From a virus, in IMG/VR virus record IMGVR_UViG_3300045988_131014, positions 32,001 through 96,000 of that record: a stretch of DNA of 64,000 nt, one strand, 5' to 3'. The notes beneath the pieces were generated by a model. The model was not told the origin of the DNA, searched no databases, and saw nothing but the letters and a program-made list of their open reading frames with translations. A program made the translations under genes and the position numbers. Below, in pieces: positions 16,139 through 24,960 of this stretch (positions within the stretch are counted from its first letter, which is position 1; every line of letters begins with the position of its first letter).

Positions 16139-16244
16139 AGAAGCATTTCCTGTTGATTTTATCTAAGAGCGTTTCTGCTCACAATTTCCAAAATAAAAGA
16201 GAGAATAATTAAGCGACAATAAAAGTTTGAAGGAGATATGTTTT

Positions 16245-16937
16245 ATGAGTAAGAAGCAACAATTTAAAGGTTTGAAATTTAATTATTCCATAAATGGGAA
16301 AGGCTTGAAAAGTAAATATAAGACAATCAAGGATTTCTTAAACACAGAATTCCCAAAGAACAATAATCCATTGTCGCCTACTCTTGATACAGAGATTACA
16401 GGAATTAAATGGAATGGTAATACTATTTCTATTTCCAATAAAATTCACACAGTAAGAGATTTGGTTAACTTATTAAGCAAGAAAAATACAGAAAATGTTT
16501 TTATTTCAAATAAAGATATTAGATTGCATGAGTTTAAACCAAAACATGACAATCTCATCAGAAAATCCACGTACTCCATAGGAGAGGTACACGATAAGGT
16601 TAAAGATGTTTTATTTGAGAAAGATAAAAGACTTGCAAAAGTTGATTTCGATGGGGATTTAATTAAGGGTAACAGCCAGAGATACCAGACTTTTTTCACT
16701 AAAGGCTGTAAATGTGCAGTTTGTGGAATTGAAGGAAAATATTTTGCAAAAGAAAGACATTTGCAGGATAAGAATTATCATCTGAATTTGTATGCAGTTG
16801 ATGATAATGGTGATGAAATTTTAATGACAAAAGATCATATTATACCACGCTCAAAAGGTGGTATTGATGATATTAGTAACTATCAAACAATGTGTAAGCT
16901 TTGTAATGAAGCAAAAGGCAACAAATTAGAAGATTAA
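16245..16937 (+). CDS. HNH endonuclease
   Basis: C-terminal CAVCG..KDHIIPRSKGGIDDISNYQTMCKLCNEAKGNK (HNH with flanking Cys pairs); ATG 16245 behind AAGGAG. Confidence 0.8.
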   Translation: MSKKQQFKGLKFNYSINGKGLKSKYKTIKDFLNTEFPKNNNPLSPTLDTEITGIKWNGNTISISNKIHTVRDLVNLLSKKNTENVFISNKDIRLHEFKPKHDNLIRKSTYSIGEVHDKVKDVLFEKDKRLAKVDFDGDLIKGNSQRYQTFFTKGCKCAVCGIEGKYFAKERHLQDKNYHLNLYAVDDNGDEILMTKDHIIPRSKGGIDDISNYQTMCKLCNEAKGNKLED

Positions 16938-17009
16938 AAATAAGAAAGGAAAAATAGAAAAGTTCCTATAGGATAAAGTGCGCACTACTTACTAAGATAA
17001 GAGGAACTT

Positions 17010-18329
17010 ATGTATTGTGCTTATATCACAACATTAAAAGGATTAAGAAAACATAGTAACGCTGATAGATTACAGTGTGTAGAAGTATTTGGACAGAATG
17101 TAATTGTAGATTTGAGTTATCATGAAGGGCAGAAAGTGGTCTTCTTCCCATCTGACGGTCAGTTATCACTTGAGTATGCAACAGATAACAACCTTGTAAG
17201 GAAGAAAGACGAAAGCGGAAACAACATTGGTGGTTATATGGATGCTGAGAAGAGAAATGTAACCGCTATTAGACTTAGAGGTGAGAAGTCAGAAGGACTT
17301 GTATTACCTGTTGAGACGCTTTCTAAGTATACAGATATTTCAAAATTAAAAGATGGCGATCAGATTACAGTTCTTGGTGGTCATGAGATTTGTCAGAAAT
17401 ATATTCCTAGTGGAAAGAATCGTTCAAGAAGTGATGGAAATAGTTCAAATAAGAAGAACAAGTTTCAGAAAGAAACAGTATCATATCCATTTTTTGAGGA
17501 GCATAAAGATACTGCACAGCTTGCATATAATATGTCAGCATTTAAGCCAGGAGATACAATTTATATTACTCGTAAGCTCCATGGAACATCAGCTCGTACT
17601 ATGAAGACTGTTAAGGTTACAAAGAAGAATAGTAAACTGAGAAAGTTCTTACATATGCAGCCAAAGGTTACAAGAGAAGTTTCTGTTGTATCTGGTAGCA
17701 GAAGAGTTGTATTAAAGGATATGACAAAGAATGATGGATATTATTCTGATAATGGATTTAGAAAGAAGTACCACGATTTATTAAAAGACAAGCTTCCTGA
17801 GGGTGCTGAGATTTTCTATGAAATTGTAGGATATGTAAATGAAACAACACCAATTATGGGTTCAGTATCTAATAAAGGAGTTAAGGAAAAAGAATTTACA
17901 AAGAAATTTGGTGACATCACAACATTCTCATATGGTTGTGAGCCAGGCGAAAATGAGATGTATGTATATCGAATGACAATGACAACAGCAGACGGAACAG
18001 TTGTTGAAGTGCCTTGGGAGATTGTAGAGGTATGGTGTGACAAGTTGGGTGTTAAGCATGTACCTGATTTAGAGAAGTTTATTTTTACTACACCAGAAGA
18101 TTTGAAAGAAAGAGTAAATAAATATCTTGATGGTATGCCAGCAGATGAAATCGGTAAGACACATGTTGCCGAAGGTGTAGTTGTTCGTATTGATAACAGA
18201 GCAACATTCACGGCTTATAAGGATAAGGTGTTTGAATTTAAGGTAATTGAGGGGATCGCCAAAGATACATCTGATGTACCTGATATGGAAGAAGCTGAAG
18301 AATTATTTGAGGAGACTTTAAATGAATAA
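17010..18329 (+). CDS. ATP-dependent RNA ligase (Rnl5/DRB0094-like, N-terminal OB-type domain)
   Basis: RKLHGTSAR (nucleotidyltransferase motif I, KxxG) and N-terminal KHSNADRLQCVEVFGQNVIV resembling tRNA-binding OB domains. Confidence 0.6.
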   Translation: MYCAYITTLKGLRKHSNADRLQCVEVFGQNVIVDLSYHEGQKVVFFPSDGQLSLEYATDNNLVRKKDESGNNIGGYMDAEKRNVTAIRLRGEKSEGLVLPVETLSKYTDISKLKDGDQITVLGGHEICQKYIPSGKNRSRSDGNSSNKKNKFQKETVSYPFFEEHKDTAQLAYNMSAFKPGDTIYITRKLHGTSARTMKTVKVTKKNSKLRKFLHMQPKVTREVSVVSGSRRVVLKDMTKNDGYYSDNGFRKKYHDLLKDKLPEGAEIFYEIVGYVNETTPIMGSVSNKGVKEKEFTKKFGDITTFSYGCEPGENEMYVYRMTMTTADGTVVEVPWEIVEVWCDKLGVKHVPDLEKFIFTTPEDLKERVNKYLDGMPADEIGKTHVAEGVVVRIDNRATFTAYKDKVFEFKVIEGIAKDTSDVPDMEEAEELFEETLNE

Positions 18330-19212
18330 ACCTACAATGTGGGTACTCGTTTGACTGAGTGGTAGTGGCAAGTCAACCATTGCTACTCAGATTGCCAATG
18401 AGAATCCAAATACAGTAATCGTATCATCAGACGCAATTCGTGAAGAATTAACAGGTAATTACGAAGATCAAGAACATAACGAAGAAGTGTTTAAGATTTT
18501 TCACGATAGAATCCGCAAGAATTTGGAGAATAAAAAGAATGTAATTGCAGATGCAACTAATCTAACTATGAAATCTCGTAGAGCAATTATGATGAAAGTA
18601 AATGGTTTAAATGTCAGAAAAGTATGTGTAATTATTCCAAAGCCATTTAAACAGTGCAAAAAAGATAATCTACATAGAGAACATCCTGTACCTGATTTTG
18701 TGTTGGATAAGCAGATTAGAAAATATCAGATTCCGTTCTACGAGGAAGGATTCGATGAGATTATTATTCATAAATTTCATAATGCTAATGCAATGACCAC
18801 AGGTGGATTGATTGCTAAAATGAAAGATTTTGACCAGAAGAATCCTCATCATACTATGACTTTAGAAAATCATTGCTTTAATACATATGATTTATTTACA
18901 GAAAAAGGACATAAAGCTGAATACAATATTGGAGCAGTTCTTCATGATTATGGCAAACTATACTGCCAGACAATTGATGAAAATGGTATAGCTCATTATT
19001 ATGACCACCCATCTGTCGGATGCTATTTGGTTTTAGAGAGTTTAATGGAAGAGTTTAATAAGGTTGTATTAGATATATGTTTCCTCATCAATTACCATAT
19101 GATGCCTTTTAGTTGGGATACTGATAAAGCAAAGCAGCGTTGGAAAGAAAGATTTGGAGAATATAAATATAAGATGCTTTTAGATTTCAATGAATGTGAT
19201 AAAGCGAGGTAA
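18322..19212 (+). pseudogene. polynucleotide 5'-kinase (P-loop) fused to HD phosphohydrolase, interrupted by an in-frame TGA at 18352-18354
   Basis: MNKPTMWVLV-TGA-LSGSGKSTIATQI: the stop sits where the Walker A glycine is expected. Downstream are IADATNLTMKSRR, then HD-domain motifs PHHTMTLENH and AVLHDYGK. ATG 18322 overlaps the ligase stop. Confidence 0.65.
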
Positions 19213-19216
19213 GTGT

Positions 19217-19393
19217 ATGTGTAATCGTTGTGATTATGACTCACCTGATAATCGAATATATGTAGATCCATTGACGAATGAATATTATTTGGATATAGAA
19301 ACATCAGAATGGGATGAATATGACGATGGATTTGTTCATCAGGAAGAGTATATTGCATATTGTCCTTGGTGTGGAAGAAAGTTAGGAGAATAA
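19217..19393 (+). CDS. small zinc-ribbon protein, 58 aa
   Basis: MCNRCDY..YCPWCGRKLGE; ATG 19217 lies 8 nt after GAGG. Confidence 0.55.
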   Translation: MCNRCDYDSPDNRIYVDPLTNEYYLDIETSEWDEYDDGFVHQEEYIAYCPWCGRKLGE

Positions 19394-19397
19394 AGAT

Positions 19398-19871
19398 ATG
19401 AGGATAGAATTAATTAGATTAAAATTTAACGACACTCATTCGTACAAGTATAAGCCATTTAAGTATTGTTGTGATGAAATTCAGAATAATGAGTGCATAG
19501 AATTTACAAACGAAAATTTAACAAATTTTAATGTTGATTATGATAAAGAATATGGTTTTATTCCTCAGCTCTGTACTTCACATACAGAAGTTATTACATC
19601 GTATGAAGATGAATGGGAACAGACAGACAATTATCCAATCCAGTTTTGTCCTCATTGTGGCAAAAAGATTGAGATTTCAGTCGTAGAAGAGATTAATGTA
19701 TCTGATAAGTACAATGAATTATCTAAGCAGCGTAATGAATTATGGAAGAAGTGTCAGAGAACAGATAGTAAGAAGAAAGAATCTGAATTAAGAGAGCAAG
19801 TTAGAAAGCTTGATAAACAGATTGATAGTTTCTATTGGTTAGATGAGTGGAAAGAGGACGTATATGTATAA
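19398..19871 (+). CDS. hypothetical zinc-ribbon protein
   Basis: FCPHCGKKIE motif; GGAG RBS within the preceding stop region. Confidence 0.55.
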   Translation: MRIELIRLKFNDTHSYKYKPFKYCCDEIQNNECIEFTNENLTNFNVDYDKEYGFIPQLCTSHTEVITSYEDEWEQTDNYPIQFCPHCGKKIEISVVEEINVSDKYNELSKQRNELWKKCQRTDSKKKESELREQVRKLDKQIDSFYWLDEWKEDVYV

Positions 19872-20277
19872 ACAAATTATTATTGCTAGAAAAGATTTGA
19901 ATATGAGTTCTGGGAAGCTCGCAGCTCAAGTCAGCTACGGCTCTATGGCATTTCTTAGTTGGTTTATTAGAAATAATGCCGATTTAGATGGTCATGTCGA
20001 TGGCTATATTGACGAAGATATTCTTCACAATTGGATTGAGGGTGAATTTACAAAATGTGTTCTTCAAGCCAAGAATAAGAATCAGTTGCTAAAAGCTAAG
20101 ACTATGGCAGAAGAATTAGGAATGGTTGAAGGCAAAGATTTCTGGCTCATAAAGGATAACTATCACACTGAATTAGAACCAGAAGAAGATGGTAGAACAC
20201 TTACTGTAATTGGTTTTAGACCAATGGACAGTGAACTTATTGATCAGATTGGAAGAAAATATCATTTATATATGTAG
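19864..20277 (+). CDS. peptidyl-tRNA hydrolase 2 (PTH2)-like protein
   Basis: KQIIIARKDLNMSSGKLAAQVSYGS and C-terminal LTVIGFRPMDSELIDQIGRKYHLYM parallel the Pth2 pattern K.v.vvR.DL.M..GK.aAQ and ID..TG.LkLY. Confidence 0.65.
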   Translation: MYKQIIIARKDLNMSSGKLAAQVSYGSMAFLSWFIRNNADLDGHVDGYIDEDILHNWIEGEFTKCVLQAKNKNQLLKAKTMAEELGMVEGKDFWLIKDNYHTELEPEEDGRTLTVIGFRPMDSELIDQIGRKYHLYM

Positions 20278-20294
20278 AAATGGAGAATAATAAA

Positions 20295-20630
20295 ATGGCA
20301 AATAGATTATTATTTGAGAAAGATATTATTAGAGCAGTTGATAGGCATACGAATGACGATAGTAAGTTAGATGATGATATTAGCTGTATTCTTGAAGAAG
20401 TTGAAACAGCTACAATAGAACTTCCACCTATTATATTATCTCCAAAAGTAGAAACTAAACCAGTGCAGAAACAGAGACGAGTATTATTATTCGAGAATGA
20501 GAATCTTGACTTAGAGCAGCGTGGTAACAGATATTATTTATCCCTTTATGATAAGGAAGGAAAATTTCAGAGAGAAGTAACTATTGATGTAAAGGATGAC
20601 TATAAAGTTGGACTTGGGAATGGTAAGTAG
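20295..20630 (+). CDS. hypothetical protein
   Basis: ATG 20295 lies 9 nt after GGAG; an upstream in-frame ATG 20280 has no RBS. Confidence 0.5.
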   Translation: MANRLLFEKDIIRAVDRHTNDDSKLDDDISCILEEVETATIELPPIILSPKVETKPVQKQRRVLLFENENLDLEQRGNRYYLSLYDKEGKFQREVTIDVKDDYKVGLGNGK

Positions 20631-20639
20631 AGGAGTTTT

Positions 20640-20828
20640 ATGAGATCAGAGATTAAAAGACGACAATTTTCTGAAAATCATCAATCTTGGTTCTCCCATG
20701 ATTATGCTTGTTGGGCAAATAATCACAATGGTTGGAGAAAGATGAAAAAGAAGAATCGTAGATTATTCAAAAAGAAATATAGAAGAGAAGTTGAGAAAGA
20801 TATTAATAAAGAATTGAATGATATGTAA
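20640..20828 (+). CDS. small basic hypothetical protein
   Basis: AGAGGAG RBS; Lys/Arg-rich 62 aa. Confidence 0.5.
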   Translation: MRSEIKRRQFSENHQSWFSHDYACWANNHNGWRKMKKKNRRLFKKKYRREVEKDINKELNDM

Positions 20829-20891
20829 TAACAGTAAATTCAGGTTTCTTTTGGTTACAAAGAAAGAATATTAGAGCGAGGTGAACGATTA

Positions 20892-21518
20892 ATGTCTTTG
20901 GCATATAAAAATGACACATACAACTATAATGGCGAATATGAAATGGGTTCATTAAATAAGTTTGCACAAGCAGAAAGAAGATTGTCTGCAAAGAAACAAG
21001 CATTGGATGATATGAAGAATGAATATAACCTTATTGAACAACAAACATTTCGCATTTATAAAGAAAACATCCAGTATATGCTGCTTGATCAGCCGTCCAC
21101 GATTAAAATGTGTAGAGAATGGTTAAATATGTTATTAAAAAATCAGGATACGGACGGTAACAAGCTTGACAAAAGAAAGAAGTATAAAGAAAAGGAAACA
21201 TATGATTGGTATGTCAATTATATTAAAAAGCTTCTTGATATTGAGTATATGAATGATGTTAAATTCATTGACTTTAATTTTGGGCAAGCTACTAATATTC
21301 AGTTTGAATATAAAAAGCATAATTGGCGTTTAGAAATTCCTCATATTAAAGCTATCAAATTAGATGCATATAAGAATTATGGTGGCAGTGTATTTGAACT
21401 TGCGTTAGTACACAATGATATAGAATATAGTTGTAGTTGGTCGCAGTTTGGCTCTACATATGAGGAAGATGAATTAAGAGATATTATGACACAAGGTATT
21501 GAGAAATATTGTAATTAG
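20892..21518 (+). CDS. hypothetical protein
   Basis: GAGGTG RBS; ORF on the coding strand. Confidence 0.55.
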   Translation: MSLAYKNDTYNYNGEYEMGSLNKFAQAERRLSAKKQALDDMKNEYNLIEQQTFRIYKENIQYMLLDQPSTIKMCREWLNMLLKNQDTDGNKLDKRKKYKEKETYDWYVNYIKKLLDIEYMNDVKFIDFNFGQATNIQFEYKKHNWRLEIPHIKAIKLDAYKNYGGSVFELALVHNDIEYSCSWSQFGSTYEEDELRDIMTQGIEKYCN

Positions 21519-21577
21519 TTGGGAGTAACTTTACAAGAAAGCAACATATCCTTGGATTATTGAAAAGAGGTGATTGA

Positions 21578-22054
21578 GTGTTAGTACCTGCAATTTTATA
21601 TAAAGAACAGATTAAAAAAGAATTTCAGAAATATTACTATACAACAGATATGATGTACGAGACTGGTTGCATGTGCAATTGGAGTCCTGAAATTGCAGAA
21701 TGTCCAAATGAGAGTCAATTCCAATATGCAATAGTTGATAAGAACGAAAAAGTCATTGGCTACTTAGGATATTCAGTAGATTGGTATGCGTCTAAAGCGT
21801 ATAACTTTGGATTATTTTCATTTGACAGAGGGAATATCTTGGTTGGTAAGAATGTATTCGATAAATTAGAAGAATTGATTAAAACATTACATAGAGTTGA
21901 ATGGAGAGCTGTTGGTGGCAATCCTGCTTGTAGAGGATATGATAGCTTTATCGAGAGACATAATGGAACGAAACATGTTCTAAAAGATTCGATTAAAGAT
22001 AAGAATGGTAAATATCACGATGATATTATTTATGAGATTGTGAGTGGAGAATAA
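21578..22054 (+). CDS. possible GNAT-family acetyltransferase
   Basis: Size and VIGYLGYSV..LHRVEWRAVGGNPACRGYDSFIERHNG resemble the GNAT core; weak. Confidence 0.4.
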   Translation: MLVPAILYKEQIKKEFQKYYYTTDMMYETGCMCNWSPEIAECPNESQFQYAIVDKNEKVIGYLGYSVDWYASKAYNFGLFSFDRGNILVGKNVFDKLEELIKTLHRVEWRAVGGNPACRGYDSFIERHNGTKHVLKDSIKDKNGKYHDDIIYEIVSGE

Positions 22055-22075
22055 TACATTGGAGGTGAAAACATA

Positions 22076-22507
22076 ATGGAAATGTATACAGAGATTAATG
22101 TGTGTTTTGATTTGTTAAGGAACACACCGAAAGACATTGTAGATATTTTACATTGTCTTATAGAAGGAACAGATGCTCCTTTAATATTACCAGAACACAA
22201 ATTTTTCAGGTGTGATAGATGGAGTATGGTCGCTTGTTGTGACAGTTATTATTTTGATGGCTCAACTAACAGTAAAATGGTGTTTGATGATATTTCTAAA
22301 ACTTGGAAAATTAATATCAGAGCCAATTTGAAAAATTATGATTCTGAAATTGAAGAGTTTTTAGATTGGTTAGAGCCTTATATCGGAACAGATGGTTTTA
22401 TTGGATACATGAGATATGAAGAGTGGGAAGATCCAACATTAATTTATAATGATTTTGACAATGATAAAATTGTATTTAAATGCGTAGAAGCAGCAGAAGT
22501 TGAATAA
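22076..22507 (+). CDS. hypothetical protein
   Basis: GGAGGTG RBS; ORF on the coding strand. Confidence 0.55.
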   Translation: MEMYTEINVCFDLLRNTPKDIVDILHCLIEGTDAPLILPEHKFFRCDRWSMVACCDSYYFDGSTNSKMVFDDISKTWKINIRANLKNYDSEIEEFLDWLEPYIGTDGFIGYMRYEEWEDPTLIYNDFDNDKIVFKCVEAAEVE

Positions 22508-22528
22508 ATTTAAAGGAGAATATTAAAC

Positions 22529-22855
22529 ATGGAAACAATTTTAAGATTATTAGCAGAGAACCCAGAAAGTTTAGGAGAGGTAGTAAAAACATATATTACA
22601 AAGTACAAAGAGCCTGTATATGATGTTCTGAAGGAACTCATGATTATTGCAAAGGATTATTCTGAGAATACTGAGTATCCTGCAATTCAGGCGAGAACTA
22701 AGAAAAATATGTTTGATGCATATGTAAATGTTGGTTTTACTGAGGATCAGGCATTAGCACTTATGATTAACGATAATATTCAGCTTATGAAGAATATTCA
22801 GAAATCAGTTAATAATACTTCTGTAAAAAAAGAGCAAGTAGTGGTTTCTAAGTAA
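22529..22855 (+). CDS. hypothetical protein
   Basis: AAGGAG RBS; ORF on the coding strand. Confidence 0.55.
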   Translation: METILRLLAENPESLGEVVKTYITKYKEPVYDVLKELMIIAKDYSENTEYPAIQARTKKNMFDAYVNVGFTEDQALALMINDNIQLMKNIQKSVNNTSVKKEQVVVSK

Positions 22856-23034
22856 ACAAATCTTTCAAGCGAATTTTCAATCTTCACTCGATAGAATTTA
22901 TGTTCATTTCCTTGCTTATCAAATCCTTTAATAATGGATTTATCTAGCCAAAAGTAGCCTTCTTTCAGATCTTCTAATGGCTGTTTAGTCGTATCTCGCA
23001 AGAATGTAAGATACTCATTGTAAATTGGGTTCAC
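22798..23034 (-). CDS. possible antisense-oriented small gene (78 aa)
   Basis: The only sizeable ORF in the 245-bp gap 22856-23100; protein-like composition (KEGYFWLDKSIIKGFDKQGNEHKFYRVKIEN); GTG start, weak RBS; its 3' end overlaps the preceding + gene by 58 nt. Confidence 0.35.
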   Translation of the reverse strand: MNPIYNEYLTFLRDTTKQPLEDLKEGYFWLDKSIIKGFDKQGNEHKFYRVKIENSLERFVYLETTTCSFFTEVLLTDF

Positions 23035-23099
23035 TCATATACCTGAGTGTTATGTACATAACCTTTTAACTAGTATTATCCTTACCTTTCTTTGATTTT

Positions 23100-24284
23100 A
23101 TGGCATTTGCAACTACCATTTATGTTGTTATTTATCCAAAATTTTTCAATGAAAGATTGGATTGTACCAAATTGAAATCCTATGACAATATATCAGATGT
23201 AGATTTAGCAAGTTGGCAAGATTTAATCAAATTACAGAAAGAACATCTAACGCAGCTTGAAGCTGATTCATTAGAACTAATCAAAGAAAAGACAGAGAAA
23301 TTTAATACATATACTTCGATAATTCCTGTCTCTATGGGTAAGGATTCAATGCTTACCTGTCATCTAGTCAGAAAATTATATCCAGAAACAAAAGCAATAT
23401 TCAATAATACATCACTTGATTGTGTTGACACATATAGAATGATTAAGACTTTCCCTAATTGTGAGATTATGAATCCTGAGAAGGGATTTTACCAATATAT
23501 TAAAGAACAAAATATTATATTTAATAGAATTTCTCGTGGTTGTTGTAGAATCTTCAAAGTAGGTGAAATGGTTAGGCGTTTAGACCATAACAAACCATAT
23601 TTAATGTGGATGGGTATGCGAAACGAAGAATCTAATACTAGAAGCGGATATCAGGATGAATGGGTAAACGAAGCTGAATGGGGAAATACATGTTGGCAGG
23701 GAATACTACCAATAAGAAAATGGGACGAAATAGATGTCTGGTTATATACAATATGGAAAAATATTGAAATAAATTCAAAGTATAAAAAGGGATATTCAAG
23801 GGTTGGCTGTGCCGTATCGTGCCCTTACTACACCAAATCAACGTGGATTCTTGATAAATATTGGTATCCAACAATGAGAAATCGTTGGGAGAATATTTTA
23901 AAAGAAGACTTTATAGGCAATTCAAAATGGTTAGTTATGAATTGCACAGTAGATGAATATATCAATCAAGCTTGGAATGGTGGCGTGTTTAGAGATGAAC
24001 CAACAAAAGAGGTTATTAAAGAATATGCTAAGTATAGCAATTTAGATGAGAAAGTTGCTGCACAGTATTTTAACAAATATTGTGACAATGGATGCAAGTC
24101 TCAATCTGGTAAGTTGAAGCGAATTAAGGCGAAGGATGTTATTGGTATGAACTTAAAATATCATGGAAGGAATATCAATAAGTTTTATTGTAAAAAGTGT
24201 CTCATGAAAATGTATAACATGGATGAAGAAAAATGGAACAAACAAGTAGAAAGATTTAAACAATCAGGATGTGATTTGTTTTAA
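23100..24284 (+). CDS. PAPS reductase-like PP-loop protein (IbrA-like) with Cys-rich C-terminal region
   Basis: IIPVSMGKDSMLTCHL (SGGKDS-like PP-loop) and C-terminal Cys clusters GCAVSCPYY, CDNGC, CKKC; start uncertain (no RBS at ATG 23100). Confidence 0.55.
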   Translation: MAFATTIYVVIYPKFFNERLDCTKLKSYDNISDVDLASWQDLIKLQKEHLTQLEADSLELIKEKTEKFNTYTSIIPVSMGKDSMLTCHLVRKLYPETKAIFNNTSLDCVDTYRMIKTFPNCEIMNPEKGFYQYIKEQNIIFNRISRGCCRIFKVGEMVRRLDHNKPYLMWMGMRNEESNTRSGYQDEWVNEAEWGNTCWQGILPIRKWDEIDVWLYTIWKNIEINSKYKKGYSRVGCAVSCPYYTKSTWILDKYWYPTMRNRWENILKEDFIGNSKWLVMNCTVDEYINQAWNGGVFRDEPTKEVIKEYAKYSNLDEKVAAQYFNKYCDNGCKSQSGKLKRIKAKDVIGMNLKYHGRNINKFYCKKCLMKMYNMDEEKWNKQVERFKQSGCDLF

Positions 24285-24405
24285 AACAGAGAATAATATG
24301 ATGTAACAATTAATCATATCTAAGCCATTCGGCTATGGGAATCCCAATAAATAAGAGAATATTACAGTGTAACCAATAAAAATATTACATATAAAGGATA
24401 TTGAA

Positions 24406-24957
24406 ATGAAGAACACAAATTGGAAAGTGCCAGTAATTATTGGCGTAGGAGTATTAGCAGTTATTTTGATGATTGTATTTGGTGTACAGAGTTCGCAGAA
24501 TAAAGCTATTGCACTTGAGGAGCAGGTAAATACAGCGTCATCAGATATTAAGGTACAGGAAAAACGAAGAGTTGACCTTGTATATAACCTTGCTGATTGT
24601 GTAAAACAGTATGACAAACATGAAGCTGATACATTGACAGCAGTTGCAGATGGTCGTGGATCAACAGGAGATATTGAGAATGTAACAACAGCTATCACAG
24701 CGGTTGCAGAAGCATATCCTGAGTTGAAGTCCAATGAGAACTATAAGACTCTTATGAATGAGTTATCTATGACAGAGAATATGATTGCAGAGTATCGCAG
24801 CAATTATAATAAACAGATTAAGGAATACAAGCGATATGTGAGAAAGTTCCCTACAAGACAGTTTCTTGGATTGCTTGGATATGAAGTACAGGAATATGAG
24901 TATCTGGATTACAATGCACCAGTTGATGCTCCACAGGATTTGTTTAAAGAGGATTAG
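24406..24957 (+). CDS. lemA: LemA-family membrane protein
   Basis: N-terminal TM segment, then ALEEQVNTASSDIKVQEKRRVDLVYNLADCVKQYDKHE, AYPELKSNENY and EYRSNYNKQIKEY..FPT, as in LemA. Confidence 0.75.
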   Translation: MKNTNWKVPVIIGVGVLAVILMIVFGVQSSQNKAIALEEQVNTASSDIKVQEKRRVDLVYNLADCVKQYDKHEADTLTAVADGRGSTGDIENVTTAITAVAEAYPELKSNENYKTLMNELSMTENMIAEYRSNYNKQIKEYKRYVRKFPTRQFLGLLGYEVQEYEYLDYNAPVDAPQDLFKED

Positions 24958-24960
24958 TCT

